Positions 46,795-57,310 of a DNA stretch of 64,000 bases are shown in pieces. The DNA is taken from NCBI GenBank assembly GCA_021413905.1, contig JAIOPO010000001.1, positions 137,159 through 201,158 of the forward strand, in the 5' to 3' direction. Below the pieces are notes generated by a model. That model had not been told where the DNA came from. It did no database searches and saw only the letters and a list, made by a program, of their open reading frames with translations. Position numbers and translations under genes: made by a program. Numbering within the stretch: the stretch's first letter is position 1; each line of letters starts with the position of its first letter. Source of the stretch: Candidatus Nomurabacteria bacterium (GTDB lineage Bacteria; Patescibacteriota; Minisyncoccia; Phycocordibacterales; UBA9973).

Positions 46795-47566
46795 CTACCA
46801 CTATTTGTGCGCCCGTCATATAACTAGACAAATCAGAAGCTAGAAATAAAGCCACTTTACCAATATCATCTATGTCGCCTTTTCTTTTCATGGGAATTTT
46901 TTGAATAAATTTTTCTGAAATTTCTTTCATTTCAGGAGACATTTTTGTTCCATCTCCTGTTCCTGGAGTACTGATACTACCCGGAGCTATCGCATTAACA
47001 GATATGCCATGTGGCGCCAATTCCAAAGCTGTATTTTTTGTAAAACCCCAAAGTCCGTGTTTTGTCGTGTCATAAACAGCTAATCCCACTGCAGAAGGAT
47101 GTAATGCATCTATTGAAGTTATATTTATTATTTTTCCTCCATTACCTTGTTTTATCATTATTTCCGAAATAATTTTTGTAAAAATGAAAGCACTTTTTAA
47201 ATTTACATTTATTATTTTTTCAAATTCTTTAGTATCCATTTTGAGAATTGGTATAAGTGGATATATACCAGCATTGTTTACTAAAATATTTACATTACCA
47301 AATTTCTCAATTCCGAAGTTAATCGCATTTATTACCTGTTCTTCTTCTGAAACATCTGCCTTAAAAAAGGATACATTGAAACCTTTTTCATTCATTTCTG
47401 CTTCTGTATTTTTCCCTATTTCTTCATTTAAATCAATCAACAAAACATTTGCCCCGGCTTCTGCTAAACGATATGCTATACCCTTTCCTATGCCCATTGC
47501 TCCACCTGTAACAAAAGCAGTTTTTCCTTTTAAATCCATAATTTTTTGTATTGAAATATTTTCCAT
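46772..47566 (-). CDS. Short-chain dehydrogenase/reductase (FabG-like)
   Basis: 264 aa. TGGAMGIGKG (TGxxxGxG), NNAG, YDTTKHGLWGFTK (YxxxK). Confidence 0.85.
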   Translation of the reverse strand: MENISIQKIMDLKGKTAFVTGGAMGIGKGIAYRLAEAGANVLLIDLNEEIGKNTEAEMNEKGFNVSFFKADVSEEEQVINAINFGIEKFGNVNILVNNAGIYPLIPILKMDTKEFEKIINVNLKSAFIFTKIISEIMIKQGNGGKIINITSIDALHPSAVGLAVYDTTKHGLWGFTKNTALELAPHGISVNAIAPGSISTPGTGDGTKMSPEMKEISEKFIQKIPMKRKGDIDDIGKVALFLASDLSSYMTGAQIVVDGGVLLS

Positions 47567-47671
47567 ATTTTTATTATAACATACAAGTAATTTATGTTAA
47601 TTTTTTAAACTTGAATTTTTATCAAATTTGTGCGAAAATAAAAAAGTTAATGATTAGTGAAATGTTTATCT

Positions 47672-47742
47672 TGGGGTATCGTCTAATGGTAGGACAGAGG
47701 CCTTTGAAGCCTTTAATCGTGGTTCGAATCCATGTACCCCAG
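47672..47742 (+). tRNA. tRNA-Gln (anticodon UUG)
   Basis: Cloverleaf traced by hand: acceptor tggggta/tacccca, D-arm, anticodon stem gaggc/gcctt with loop ctTTGaa, T-loop ttcgaat. CCA not encoded. Confidence 0.8.
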
Positions 47743-47750
47743 CTCTACAT

Positions 47751-47796
47751 AAAAAAAGACCAATGAATTATCACTGGTCTTTCAGGTTTTTTATGG
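47751..47796. terminator. Bidirectional hairpin between tRNA-Gln and a small minus-strand ORF
   Basis: agaccaatga-atta-tcactggtct (10 bp, one mismatch) with A7 upstream and T-runs downstream. Confidence 0.45.
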
Positions 47797-47947
47797 CTTT
47801 TCTTTCTTTTGATGAAAGAATTTTACCATACGTGAGGAGCTCCTGATACTCCTCGTCTGAATGCTCGTAAGGTAAACTTTCGAGCATTCTCATTACTCTT
47901 ATTGGATCCTGTGGGCGAAACTTAGGAACCTTTTCTTTTTTTGCCAT
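47771..47947 (-). CDS. Possible small protein (58 aa) downstream of dnaX, below ORF-track cutoff
   Basis: Translates MAKKEKVPKFRPQDPIRVMRMLESLPYEHSDEEYQELLTYGKILSSKERKAIKNLKDQ. Ends at the terminator hairpin. No family recognised. Confidence 0.3.
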   Translation of the reverse strand: MAKKEKVPKFRPQDPIRVMRMLESLPYEHSDEEYQELLTYGKILSSKERKAIKNLKDQ

Positions 47948-47988
47948 ACACCTTATTTTTAAATCTAACTAAAGTATAGCATATTTAT

Positions 47989-49041
47989 TTAAAAAGTCAA
48001 GATTTTTATGGAAGCTAATTCCAAAGGTAATTCTGAAATAAATGCTTTATCTATATTTTGATATGCTTCGAGAAGTGCGATGAGCGTCGCAGAATGGAAC
48101 ATTCCGGCCTTGCCTGGAGCATCATTTTTTACCAATTCTTTTAAAAACAACAAATCTTCTTTTGATAAATCCCCTGCCATTTGTTCTTCGAGCTTCGGCG
48201 CGGATTTTAGGATTATAGCCATACGAAATTTTTGAATAATGAGTTTTAAAAATAATTTCATATCAAGATTTTCCTCTGATGCTTTTCTGACTACTAAAAT
48301 ACATTCTTCAAGTTTCTTTTCAGCAATTGCGGAAATAAAACTATTTACCAAAGTCGTCTTTGGTGCGCCGGTGATTTTCTCTACATCTTCTCTGTTTATT
48401 TTTTTATTTTTCTTTTTGTCAGAGAAATTTAAAACTTTTTGCAAATATCCGAGAGCGTCACGGAAAGATCCATCACCCAATATCGCGATGAGTTCTGCAG
48501 ACCCGCCATCGAGCTCAAAACCTTCTTTCTCTGCAACAGACAAAAGCATATTTTTTAAAATTAAATCTGACGGCTTTTTAAAAGTGAAAACTTGGCAACG
48601 AGAGATGATTGTATCCGGCACTTTATTTAATTCTGTAGTTGCCATTATGAAAATGACATGATTCGGCGGTTCTTCCAAAGTTTTTAAAAGTGTATTCCAA
48701 GATTCTTTTGTAAACATATGAACCTCGTCCAAAATGTAAACTTTGTATTTTGAATCAAATGGCAAAGTGCTGACTCCATCACGAAGCTCGCGCACATCGT
48801 CCACGCCTCTGTTTGAAGCGGCGTCTATCTCATAAATGTCATTATTTGAGACTCCTATGCCGTGAGCGAAAATACGCGCAGCAGAAGTCTTACCTGTGCC
48901 TCGTGAGCCGACAAAAAGGTATGAATGCGAAATCTTGCCTGTATCAATGGCATTCTGCAAAACACTCGCAATATGCTCCTGCCCAAGCATTTCCTCAAAA
49001 TTCTGCGGTCTGTATTTGCGATATAATGCTAAATCGATCAT
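47989..49041 (-). CDS. dnaX: DNA polymerase III subunit gamma/tau, compact form
   Basis: 350 aa. YRPQNFEEMLGQEHI, GSRGTGKTSAARIFA (Walker A), DEVHM (Walker B), SRCQ sensor. Lacks the tau C-terminal domains. Confidence 0.88.
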   Translation of the reverse strand: MIDLALYRKYRPQNFEEMLGQEHIASVLQNAIDTGKISHSYLFVGSRGTGKTSAARIFAHGIGVSNNDIYEIDAASNRGVDDVRELRDGVSTLPFDSKYKVYILDEVHMFTKESWNTLLKTLEEPPNHVIFIMATTELNKVPDTIISRCQVFTFKKPSDLILKNMLLSVAEKEGFELDGGSAELIAILGDGSFRDALGYLQKVLNFSDKKKNKKINREDVEKITGAPKTTLVNSFISAIAEKKLEECILVVRKASEENLDMKLFLKLIIQKFRMAIILKSAPKLEEQMAGDLSKEDLLFLKELVKNDAPGKAGMFHSATLIALLEAYQNIDKAFISELPLELASIKILTF

Positions 49042-49053
49042 TTGTGTATTATA

Positions 49054-50040
49054 TCAAATATTTTTCAAAAAATCATTTGTTATTTTTTCTACTTCGTCTG
49101 CATTTTCAGCTTCCATAAGTTTTACTCGTAATTCTTTTGCTCCGTCAAAGCCATTTACATATGCCTTGTAATGCTTTTTCATAATTGCAAAGTTTTTATG
49201 TTTACCGAGCATTTCTTCAAAAAGTTTTGTGTGTTCCACCATAACGTGGAGTTTAGATTCAGTATCTCTTTCCACAAGATCAGACAAATGGTTCCCATAT
49301 GTCTGACTTGCGGAAAACAACCACGGATTCCCAAAAATTGCTCTGCCGAACATCACCCCATCACAGCCATATTTTTTTATCTTTTCTTCCGCGTCTTTTA
49401 GGTCTGTGACATCGCCATTGCCTATAATCAAAGTCTCCGGAGAAATTTTATTTCGGAGTTCTATGATGCGAGGCATTAGTTCCCAATGCGCCGGCACGAG
49501 AGACATTTCTTTTCTTGTGCGTAAATGCACAGTTAACACAGGCAATTTTTCTTTTAAGAGTGTAGCTATCCAAGTATCTATTTCTTCTTTATTGTATCCA
49601 ATACGAGTTTTCACAGACACAGGCAAACCGCCTCCGCCTTCTCTGGCAGCGTGAATCACTTCGATAGACAAAGCTGGATTTTTAATACAAGCTGCACCAG
49701 CGCCTTGCTTCTCGATAGATTTATCCGGACAACCCATATTAATATCCAAACCATCAAAACCAAGCTCAACACAGAGCTTCGCTGCTTCGCGGATATTTTC
49801 TGGTCGTGATCCGAATATCTGCGCCACTATCGGGTGCTCATTTGGAGAGAATTTCAAATCAATCAAAAGTTTCGGGCGTGCTTCCGGATGCGCAAGTCCA
49901 TCTGCAGACACAAATTCAGTCCAAAAAACATCCGGCTTACCGTATTTATTTATTATTTGTCTAAAAGCACAATCCGTCACATCTGCCATAGGCGCTAAAA
50001 CAAAAAATGGTTTATTTAATTTTTGCCAAAAATTATTCAT
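49054..50040 (-). CDS. dus: tRNA-dihydrouridine synthase
   Basis: 328 aa. LAPMADVTDCAFRQI, FDGLDINMGCP and catalytic Cys region typical of Dus TIM barrels. Confidence 0.88.
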   Translation of the reverse strand: MNNFWQKLNKPFFVLAPMADVTDCAFRQIINKYGKPDVFWTEFVSADGLAHPEARPKLLIDLKFSPNEHPIVAQIFGSRPENIREAAKLCVELGFDGLDINMGCPDKSIEKQGAGAACIKNPALSIEVIHAAREGGGGLPVSVKTRIGYNKEEIDTWIATLLKEKLPVLTVHLRTRKEMSLVPAHWELMPRIIELRNKISPETLIIGNGDVTDLKDAEEKIKKYGCDGVMFGRAIFGNPWLFSASQTYGNHLSDLVERDTESKLHVMVEHTKLFEEMLGKHKNFAIMKKHYKAYVNGFDGAKELRVKLMEAENADEVEKITNDFLKNI

Positions 50041-50894
50041 TATTTGAATTTATAATATACTTTATTTCCGTATCTTAAATCAATATAAAGCAAAGAAGAA
50101 TATTTATTTTTAAAATCTCCAGCCAATGGTTCTGTTTCCAAAGCAACTTGTAAATTTTTAAATGTTTTGTCAAAATCAGAATCATAATTCATGATTATTT
50201 TAGGAGATTCCACATTATCTGATTTTTTTTCTAAATAAATTTCTATTTCTTTATTTTCATTTAACAAAAAATAAACAGGTTTTATATTTATTTGTTCCAA
50301 ATTATTTTTAAATATTGAAATATTTTTAAATATATCTTGAATAAAATAAGAACCTATTGGAATATTGTTTTCTTTTGTTAATGGTCCAAAAAATTTAAAA
50401 TAAACATTACCAGAAAAATACGGAGCAATATCCAATATATATCCTTCATCATTCATAAAATAACATTGATTTTTAAAATCGAAATTAAAATCTTTACACC
50501 AAATAAATTTATTTCCTCTTTCTGTAATATCTATAATAATCTTATTAAGTCCTTCACGATAAATTTTATAATCTTTAACTCTTGGTATATTGTTTAAATA
50601 ATTTGAAATTTTATTTTTAGGATATAAAAAAATATTCTTTTTAGAAAAAATTGAAAAGTGATTTTTCAATTTTATATTTATATTATCTTTTATTTCTTGA
50701 ATTTCTAAAATTTTAACACCATTTATTTGAATTTCTTTTATTTTAAAAAAAGGCAAATAAGACAATACGCAAAATATTACAAAAAAAACACCAATACCAG
50801 AAAAATAAAGAATTATTTTCTTTTTAAAAATATCTTTTCTTTTTTTTCTTAATTCTGATAAATGCGGAGAATCTAAAACAACTCTTTTTTGCAT
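50040..50894 (-). CDS. Putative cell-division protein FtsQ/DivIB-like (single TM plus POTRA-like region)
   Basis: 284 aa. Basic N-terminus, one TM helix, then a beta-rich domain starting KIKEIQINGVKILEIQEIKD, consistent with POTRA. Confidence 0.45.
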   Translation of the reverse strand: MQKRVVLDSPHLSELRKKRKDIFKKKIILYFSGIGVFFVIFCVLSYLPFFKIKEIQINGVKILEIQEIKDNINIKLKNHFSIFSKKNIFLYPKNKISNYLNNIPRVKDYKIYREGLNKIIIDITERGNKFIWCKDFNFDFKNQCYFMNDEGYILDIAPYFSGNVYFKFFGPLTKENNIPIGSYFIQDIFKNISIFKNNLEQINIKPVYFLLNENKEIEIYLEKKSDNVESPKIIMNYDSDFDKTFKNLQVALETEPLAGDFKNKYSSLLYIDLRYGNKVYYKFK

Positions 50895-50895
50895 A

Positions 50896-52161
50896 TTATT
50901 TTATGAATTCTTTTCCTCCCATATATTTCTTTAAAACTTCGGGTATTTTGACTGTGCCATCTGCTTGCTGATAGTTTTCAATCATTGAGACCAATATTCT
51001 AGGTGTCGGTATTGCTGTACAATTCAAAGAATGTGCATATTGCATTTTTTCATTTTCATCTCTATAACGAATACCGAAACGTCTGCATTGAAAATCATGA
51101 AAATATGAAGCAGAAGAAATTTCTCTATATTTGTTTTCTTTAGGAACCCATAACTCCACATCATATTTTTTAACTTGACCCAAACCCAAATCTCCTCCAC
51201 AATTTACAACAGTATGATAAGGAATACCGAGTAATTCTATAAATTCTTCTGTATTTCTATTTATTTCTTCATGATATTTCACTGAAGTTTCATGATTAGC
51301 TTCACATAAAACAACTTGCTCAAATTTATAAAATTCATGAACGCGTATGAGACCTTTTACATCTTTACCATGACTTCCAGCTTCACGACGAAAACAAGGA
51401 GAAAAACCTAAATATTTTACAGGAAAAGAATTCTTGTCTAAAATTTCTCCGGCATGCATACCCATTATTGGAACTTCAGCAGTGCCAGCCATATAATCAC
51501 CGTCTTGAGTTTTATACAAATCTTCTTCACCTTGAGGCAAAAATCCTGTACCTAAAAATGAATCTTTACGTACAACAACTGGTGGAATAACAGGAGAAAA
51601 TCCTTTTTCGGAAAAAAAGTCTAAAGCATAATTCCAAATAGCAAAACACAAACGCACACCATCACCAGTCAAAAAATATCCACGAAAACCATGCACTTTT
51701 GTGCCACGATCAAAATCACACATTTTTAACGCAGTCATTATTTCTACATGGTCTTTTGGTTCAAAAGAAAAAATTGGTTTCTCTCCCCAAGATTTTATTT
51801 CTTGATTATTTTGATCATTTAAACCTTCAGGGACTGAAATATCAGGAACATTTGGAACTTGCAACATCAAACCTTGCCACTCTTCTATAATACTTTTTAA
51901 TTTTTCTTCTTTTTGTTTTATTTCTTCTTTGACTCCGCGCATTTCTTCAATGAGCTGGATTTTCAATGCCGGATCTTGATCACGAGATATGTCATTTGAA
52001 ACTCTATTTACTTCACTTCGAAGCTCTTCTACTTCTTTTAATACTTTCAAGCGTTCATCATCAAGAACAATTAATTTTTCAATATCAATGTCCAAAAGCT
52101 TCTTTTTCGCTCCTGCTTGCACAATGTCTTTGTTTTCACGTATAAATTTAATATCTAACAT
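50896..52161 (-). CDS. serS: Seryl-tRNA synthetase
   Basis: Start chosen at MLDIKFIREN. N-terminal coiled coil. Class II motifs FRRE, GLIRVHEF, GGDLGLGQ. Confidence 0.93.
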   Translation of the reverse strand: MLDIKFIRENKDIVQAGAKKKLLDIDIEKLIVLDDERLKVLKEVEELRSEVNRVSNDISRDQDPALKIQLIEEMRGVKEEIKQKEEKLKSIIEEWQGLMLQVPNVPDISVPEGLNDQNNQEIKSWGEKPIFSFEPKDHVEIMTALKMCDFDRGTKVHGFRGYFLTGDGVRLCFAIWNYALDFFSEKGFSPVIPPVVVRKDSFLGTGFLPQGEEDLYKTQDGDYMAGTAEVPIMGMHAGEILDKNSFPVKYLGFSPCFRREAGSHGKDVKGLIRVHEFYKFEQVVLCEANHETSVKYHEEINRNTEEFIELLGIPYHTVVNCGGDLGLGQVKKYDVELWVPKENKYREISSASYFHDFQCRRFGIRYRDENEKMQYAHSLNCTAIPTPRILVSMIENYQQADGTVKIPEVLKKYMGGKEFIK

Positions 52162-52197
52162 ATTGTCATTATATACCAAACTTAATATAATTACAAA

Positions 52198-53061
52198 ATG
52201 CAAATCAATAAATTACCAAAAAATAAATTCCCAAAAGAATTATTTGAAATACCTCAACCTCCTGAGAATCTGTGGATTATTGGTGACTTTCCAGAAGAAG
52301 AACTTATTTATTTATGTATTGTTGGTTCTAGAAAATTCACTTCTTATGGAAAAGAAATTTGTGAAAAAATAATCACAGGACTAAAAGGATATCCGATAGC
52401 TATAGTTTCCGGTTTTGCTATGGGTATAGATACTATCGCTCACAAAAAAGCGATGCAAATGGGATTAAAAACTCTAGTTTTTCCTGGTTCAGGACTTTCT
52501 GATGAAGCCATGTACCCAAAAACAAATGTGCGCTTGATGCGAGAAGTCGTGGAAAGTGGCGGATGTTTAATTTCAGAATTTGAACCCGATTTCAAAGCTA
52601 CTCACTGGAGCTTCCCGATGAGGAATAGACTAATGGCAGGACTTTGCAAAGCAACACTTGTAATAGAAGCGGAAGAAAAATCCGGCACACTTATAACTGC
52701 ACGACTCGCTACAGAATACAATAGAGATTTACTTGCAGTTCCAGGCTCTGTATTTTCTCCAAGTTCAAAAGGAACAAATAAATTAATCAAGCAAGGCGCG
52801 ACACCTGTGACTTGTGCTGAAGATGTTTTGGAAGCTTTGGGTTTCGAACAAGAAAAAGATGAAGACAAACAAATGCGACTTTTTGAAGATTTGTCACCGG
52901 AAGAAAAAAAGGTTATAGATTTATTACGTGAACCTATGTCACGTGATGAATTAATACGAGAATTAAAAATGAAAATTTCAGATGCAAATTCACTACTTTC
53001 AGTAATGGAAATAAAAGAGTTAATAAAAGAAGAATTGGGTGATATTAGGTTAAATATGTAA
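52198..53061 (+). CDS. dprA: DNA processing protein A (Smf)
   Basis: 287 aa. Rossmann-like core CIVGSRKFTSYGKEI...IVSGFAMGIDTIAHKKA...GTLITARLA plus C-terminal wH-like extension. TATAAT ends 7 nt before the ATG. Confidence 0.88.
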   Translation: MQINKLPKNKFPKELFEIPQPPENLWIIGDFPEEELIYLCIVGSRKFTSYGKEICEKIITGLKGYPIAIVSGFAMGIDTIAHKKAMQMGLKTLVFPGSGLSDEAMYPKTNVRLMREVVESGGCLISEFEPDFKATHWSFPMRNRLMAGLCKATLVIEAEEKSGTLITARLATEYNRDLLAVPGSVFSPSSKGTNKLIKQGATPVTCAEDVLEALGFEQEKDEDKQMRLFEDLSPEEKKVIDLLREPMSRDELIRELKMKISDANSLLSVMEIKELIKEELGDIRLNM

Positions 53062-53111
53062 ATAAAAAAAACAAGGCATTACACCTTGTTTAAATATAAA
53101 TAACATATTCT

Positions 53112-53465
53112 TTATTTATCCTCCAAAAGGAGAATATTCATTTTTATCCCCTCGCTTTTAATATATCTCAACATCAAAGAAACAAAAAGATGTTCAGATC
53201 CAGGCGGTATTTTAATATCTTCCATAGACAACATTATCTGATTGCTAGAGAAAAATATTTTACCTTTACATGAAATAATCTGGTTTCTTATCTCAGCAGA
53301 GAAGACAAATAAATTTTGTTTTTCCTTTACCGGAAAAGAAATTGAACTTTGTTTAAAAGCAAAATTTTTTTTAACCCTTTTTAACAAAGTTTCAATTTTT
53401 TTGACCATATTTTGATTACCAAAACCATGAGTCAAAATAATCTCTATTTTTTTAATTTCTTCCAT
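53112..53465 (-). CDS. Hypothetical protein (117 aa)
   Basis: ORF between dprA and topA on the opposite strand. No motif recognised. Confidence 0.4.
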   Translation of the reverse strand: MEEIKKIEIILTHGFGNQNMVKKIETLLKRVKKNFAFKQSSISFPVKEKQNLFVFSAEIRNQIISCKGKIFFSSNQIMLSMEDIKIPPGSEHLFVSLMLRYIKSEGIKMNILLLEDK

Positions 53466-53577
53466 AAACTGACGATTTTAAAAAGTGTACGTCTAAAGTA
53501 AAATTAGCTTTTAAAAAGTACTTTGTCAAATATAAATTTGCCAAAAAGTTATATATCGTGTAATACTGTCTATACAT

Positions 53578-55815
53578 ATGAAACTTTTAATTGTGGAATC
53601 ACCATCAAAAGCAAAGACGATTGAGAAGTATTTGGATAATGCTTCCGCCTCTTCGGCAGACAGGTTTACTGTACGCGCAAGTGTCGGACACATTCGCGAC
53701 CTGCCTAAATCAAATAAAAAAGCGATTGATATAGAAGCTGGTTTCGTTCCTCATTATGAAATTTCCAAAGGAAAAGAACATGTTGTAAATGAACTTCAAA
53801 ACCTAGCAGAAAAAGCAAAAGAAATAATGTTAGCGACTGACCCCGACCGTGAAGGTGAAGCCATAGCATGGCATATAGAAGAAATTTTAAAACATGATAA
53901 AAAAGTAAAGGCCCCGATAAAAAGAGTAACATTTCACGAAATTACAAAAGAAGCCGTCGAAGAAGCAATCAAACATCCACGTGCAATAGATACAGACTTG
54001 CGAAAAGCTCAAGAAGCGCGCAGAGTTTTAGACAGACTTGTAGGTTATGATTTGTCCGGAATTATTTGGAAAAAAGTGCGATACGGGCTTTCTGCCGGAC
54101 GAGTCCAATCCCCTGCGCTTCGCATAATAATGGAACGCGAAAGAGAAATCCGCGCATTTATTCCTGAAAAATATTGGGTATTGGAAGGTATTTTCGATAC
54201 TTTGAAAAAAGACAAAATCACACTGACTTGCAACGAAGAACCACGAGATGAAAAATTCGTAGAGAATATTTTAGAAATTGGTAAAAAAGGAAATTGGATT
54301 GTAGCTGGAATAAAAGAAAGCGAGCAAAAAAGATCTCCTCGTGCACCATTTACAACATCAACATTGCAACAAACAGCTTCGACAAGACTTGGCTTTTCCC
54401 CTTCACGAACAATGCAAGTAGCTCAAAAACTTTACGAAGCTGGACACATAACATATATGCGTACAGATTCTACAAATTTATCTGCCGTAGCTCAAAAACA
54501 AATATTGGATCTTGTAGAAAAAAAATACGGTAAAGAATACACAGAAGCTCATACATACAAAACAAAAAGTAAAAATGCTCAGGAAGCTCACGAAGCTATA
54601 CGCCCAACTCACATAGAATATTTATCAAAAGGCGCGAACGATGAACAAGAAAAATTATATAAACTCATTTGGGAGCGCGCAGTCTCTTCACAAATGACTG
54701 ATGCAAAATTATTAAAAACAAAAATTTCTGCTATTGTAGAAAATCATGAAGAAATTCCTGAATTTTCAGCAAATGGCTCACGTGTTATTTTTCCTGGTTG
54801 GCTAAAAGTAGATGCTGATGCAAGAGGAGAAGATGTGGAATTACCGGAAGTTAAAAAAGGAGAAAAGCTTAATTTGATTGATCTAGTAAGCATTGCAAAA
54901 GAAACACAACCACCAGGCAGATATAGTGAAGCAGGGCTTGTAAAAGAGCTAGAGGCTCGAGGTATTGGCCGACCTTCAACATATGCTTCCATAATGCGTA
55001 CCATTGAAGAACGTGGTTATGTACGCAAAGAAGGCAAAACATTATTCCCCACTGATACAGGTGAAGTTGTTTCTGATTTTCTGGAAAAGAATTTTGCTGA
55101 ATATATATCTGATACCTTTACAGCAGAAATGGAAGACAAGCTCGATGATATTTCGAGAGGTGAAAGAGAATATGAAAAAACTTTAAAAGATTTTTATGGG
55201 CCATTCTTAAAAGAAGTAAAAGAAAAAGATAAATTGGAAAAAGCCACAAATATGGGTGAAGCACCAGATGATATAAAATGTCCAAAATGCGGAGGAAAAA
55301 TGATCATTAAACTCGCTCGTGTTGGTAAATTTTACTCTTGTGCAAATTATCCTGATTGCGAGGGTGCTCTTATGCTAGACGGAACAGAACTGCAAGGTCC
55401 AAAAGAAACAGGAGAAAAATGCCCGACTTGTGGAGATAAAAAAGGTAAATCTGGCGGAGGAAAGTTGGTTATCAGAGAAAGACGTGACGGAACAGGTACT
55501 TTCATTTCTTGTTCAAGATATCCAAAATGTAAATTCGTAAAACAAGACGAAGAAGAAATAAAAAGAAAAATGACTGATGTAACCTGTCCTGTTTGTAAAA
55601 AAAATAAAATGATGGAACGCCGAGGACGATTTGGAATATTTTATTCTTGTTCCAGTTATCCAGAATGTAAAAATGCTATCAAAGCCAAACCAACAGGACG
55701 CATTTGTGACCTTTGCGGGAGCTTAATGATGGAAGGAACAAAAACAATCCCAGAACGTTGTTCAAATAAACTCTGTAAAATGCACAACCCTCATAAATTA
55801 AATAAAATGCAATAA
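53578..55815 (+). CDS. topA: DNA topoisomerase I with C-terminal zinc-ribbon repeats
   Basis: 745 aa. Toprim LLIVESPSKAKTIEKYL, catalytic Tyr region GHITYMRTDS, four C-terminal C4 zinc ribbons. Confidence 0.95.
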   Translation: MKLLIVESPSKAKTIEKYLDNASASSADRFTVRASVGHIRDLPKSNKKAIDIEAGFVPHYEISKGKEHVVNELQNLAEKAKEIMLATDPDREGEAIAWHIEEILKHDKKVKAPIKRVTFHEITKEAVEEAIKHPRAIDTDLRKAQEARRVLDRLVGYDLSGIIWKKVRYGLSAGRVQSPALRIIMEREREIRAFIPEKYWVLEGIFDTLKKDKITLTCNEEPRDEKFVENILEIGKKGNWIVAGIKESEQKRSPRAPFTTSTLQQTASTRLGFSPSRTMQVAQKLYEAGHITYMRTDSTNLSAVAQKQILDLVEKKYGKEYTEAHTYKTKSKNAQEAHEAIRPTHIEYLSKGANDEQEKLYKLIWERAVSSQMTDAKLLKTKISAIVENHEEIPEFSANGSRVIFPGWLKVDADARGEDVELPEVKKGEKLNLIDLVSIAKETQPPGRYSEAGLVKELEARGIGRPSTYASIMRTIEERGYVRKEGKTLFPTDTGEVVSDFLEKNFAEYISDTFTAEMEDKLDDISRGEREYEKTLKDFYGPFLKEVKEKDKLEKATNMGEAPDDIKCPKCGGKMIIKLARVGKFYSCANYPDCEGALMLDGTELQGPKETGEKCPTCGDKKGKSGGGKLVIRERRDGTGTFISCSRYPKCKFVKQDEEEIKRKMTDVTCPVCKKNKMMERRGRFGIFYSCSSYPECKNAIKAKPTGRICDLCGSLMMEGTKTIPERCSNKLCKMHNPHKLNKMQ

Positions 55816-55840
55816 TTAAATAAATTGCTATAATATAACC

Positions 55841-57310
55841 ATGGCAATGGATATAAAAGAAATATTTGATTTAGCTGTTAATTTAACACCAGAAGATCAT
55901 ATATTAATTCAAAAAGCTTACGATTTTGCAAAAAAAGCTCATGAAGGACAACTTCGTAAAAGTGGCGAACCATATTTCGTTCACGTTTTTGAAACTGCAA
56001 AAACAATAGCAAAATTACACATGGACGCAAAAACTATCTCTGCAGGATTAATGCACGATGTATTAGAAGATACAAATATTACAGAAAAAGAAATGGAAAA
56101 AGAATTTGGTAAAGAAATAGTTTTTTTAGTGAATGGAGTTACAAAACTTGGAACATTAAAATACCATGGAAAAGAAAGACATGTAGAAAGTTTAAGGAAA
56201 TTTTTTGTAGCAATGGCAAATGATTTAAGAGTTGTTATTATTAAATTTGCTGATAGATTACATAATTTAAAAACTCTTGAACATGTTCGCGAAGACAAGA
56301 GAAAAAGAATTGCAATAGAATCCATCGAAGTTTATGCACCTCTTGCAAATCGGCTCGGTATGGGAAAATTAAAAGGTGAAATAGAAGATGCTGCCTTTCC
56401 ATATGCATATCCTAAAGAATACGCACAAGTTGAAGAAATAATAAAAGAACAAAAAGAACTTTACGAAAAATATTTAAATGAAGTAAGAGAAGGACTAGAA
56501 AAAGAATTAGAAAAAAATAATATTAAAATAAATAAAATAGATTATAGAGTTAAACATAAATACAGTTTATATAAAAAATTAGAACATTATGATATGGATA
56601 TAGACAAAATCCATGATATCGTAGCATTGCGTGTCGTAGTAGACAATATAGAAGAATGTTACAGAATTTTAGGCATAGTTCATTCTATATGGAAACCATT
56701 GCCTGGTAGAATAAAAGATTATATAGCAGTACCGAAGCCAAACGGCTACCGTTCAATACATACCACCATATTCACTGGGTCTGGTGGTATAGCTGAAATA
56801 CAAATCAGAACAAAAGAAATGCACATAGAAGCTTCTTATGGAATTGCAGCGCACTTTTCTCATAAAGAACATACTAACAATAAAAAAATAGACGAAAAAA
56901 ATAAATTTGATTGGATTCATGAACTGCAAAATCTAAAAGAAGTTGCAAACAAACCAGAAAGTTTTATAGAACATCTTAAGATGGATTTTTTCAACAATCG
57001 CATATTTATATTTACACCAAAAGGTGACGTTGTTGATTTACCAGAAGGATCTAGTCCTATTGATTTTGCTTATGCTATACATACAGACATAGGTGAACAT
57101 GTCTCTAGTGCAAAAGTGAATGAAAAAATAGCTCCAATTTACACGAAATTAAAAAATGGAGATATTGTTGAAATAATAACAAAAAAAGACGCTCATCCAT
57201 CGAGTAAATGGCTAGATAATGTAAAAACAACAATGGCAAAAAAACACATTAATTCATATCTAGAAAAAAATAGTCTCCTTGCACGTCTTAAATCTTATGC
57301 AAAATATTAA
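55841..57310 (+). CDS. rel: Bifunctional (p)ppGpp synthetase/hydrolase, short Rel (HD-Synth-TGS, no ACT/RRM)
   Basis: 489 aa. HD motif MHDVLEDT, synthetase RVVVDN...YRSIHTTI, TGS domain IFIFTPKGDVVDLPEGSSPIDFAYAIHTDIG. Confidence 0.88.
   Translation: MAMDIKEIFDLAVNLTPEDHILIQKAYDFAKKAHEGQLRKSGEPYFVHVFETAKTIAKLHMDAKTISAGLMHDVLEDTNITEKEMEKEFGKEIVFLVNGVTKLGTLKYHGKERHVESLRKFFVAMANDLRVVIIKFADRLHNLKTLEHVREDKRKRIAIESIEVYAPLANRLGMGKLKGEIEDAAFPYAYPKEYAQVEEIIKEQKELYEKYLNEVREGLEKELEKNNIKINKIDYRVKHKYSLYKKLEHYDMDIDKIHDIVALRVVVDNIEECYRILGIVHSIWKPLPGRIKDYIAVPKPNGYRSIHTTIFTGSGGIAEIQIRTKEMHIEASYGIAAHFSHKEHTNNKKIDEKNKFDWIHELQNLKEVANKPESFIEHLKMDFFNNRIFIFTPKGDVVDLPEGSSPIDFAYAIHTDIGEHVSSAKVNEKIAPIYTKLKNGDIVEIITKKDAHPSSKWLDNVKTTMAKKHINSYLEKNSLLARLKSYAKY

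Noticed and set aside
47551-47766. 71-aa plus-strand ORF.
   Set aside because: Entirely overlaps tRNA-Gln(UUG). Spurious.
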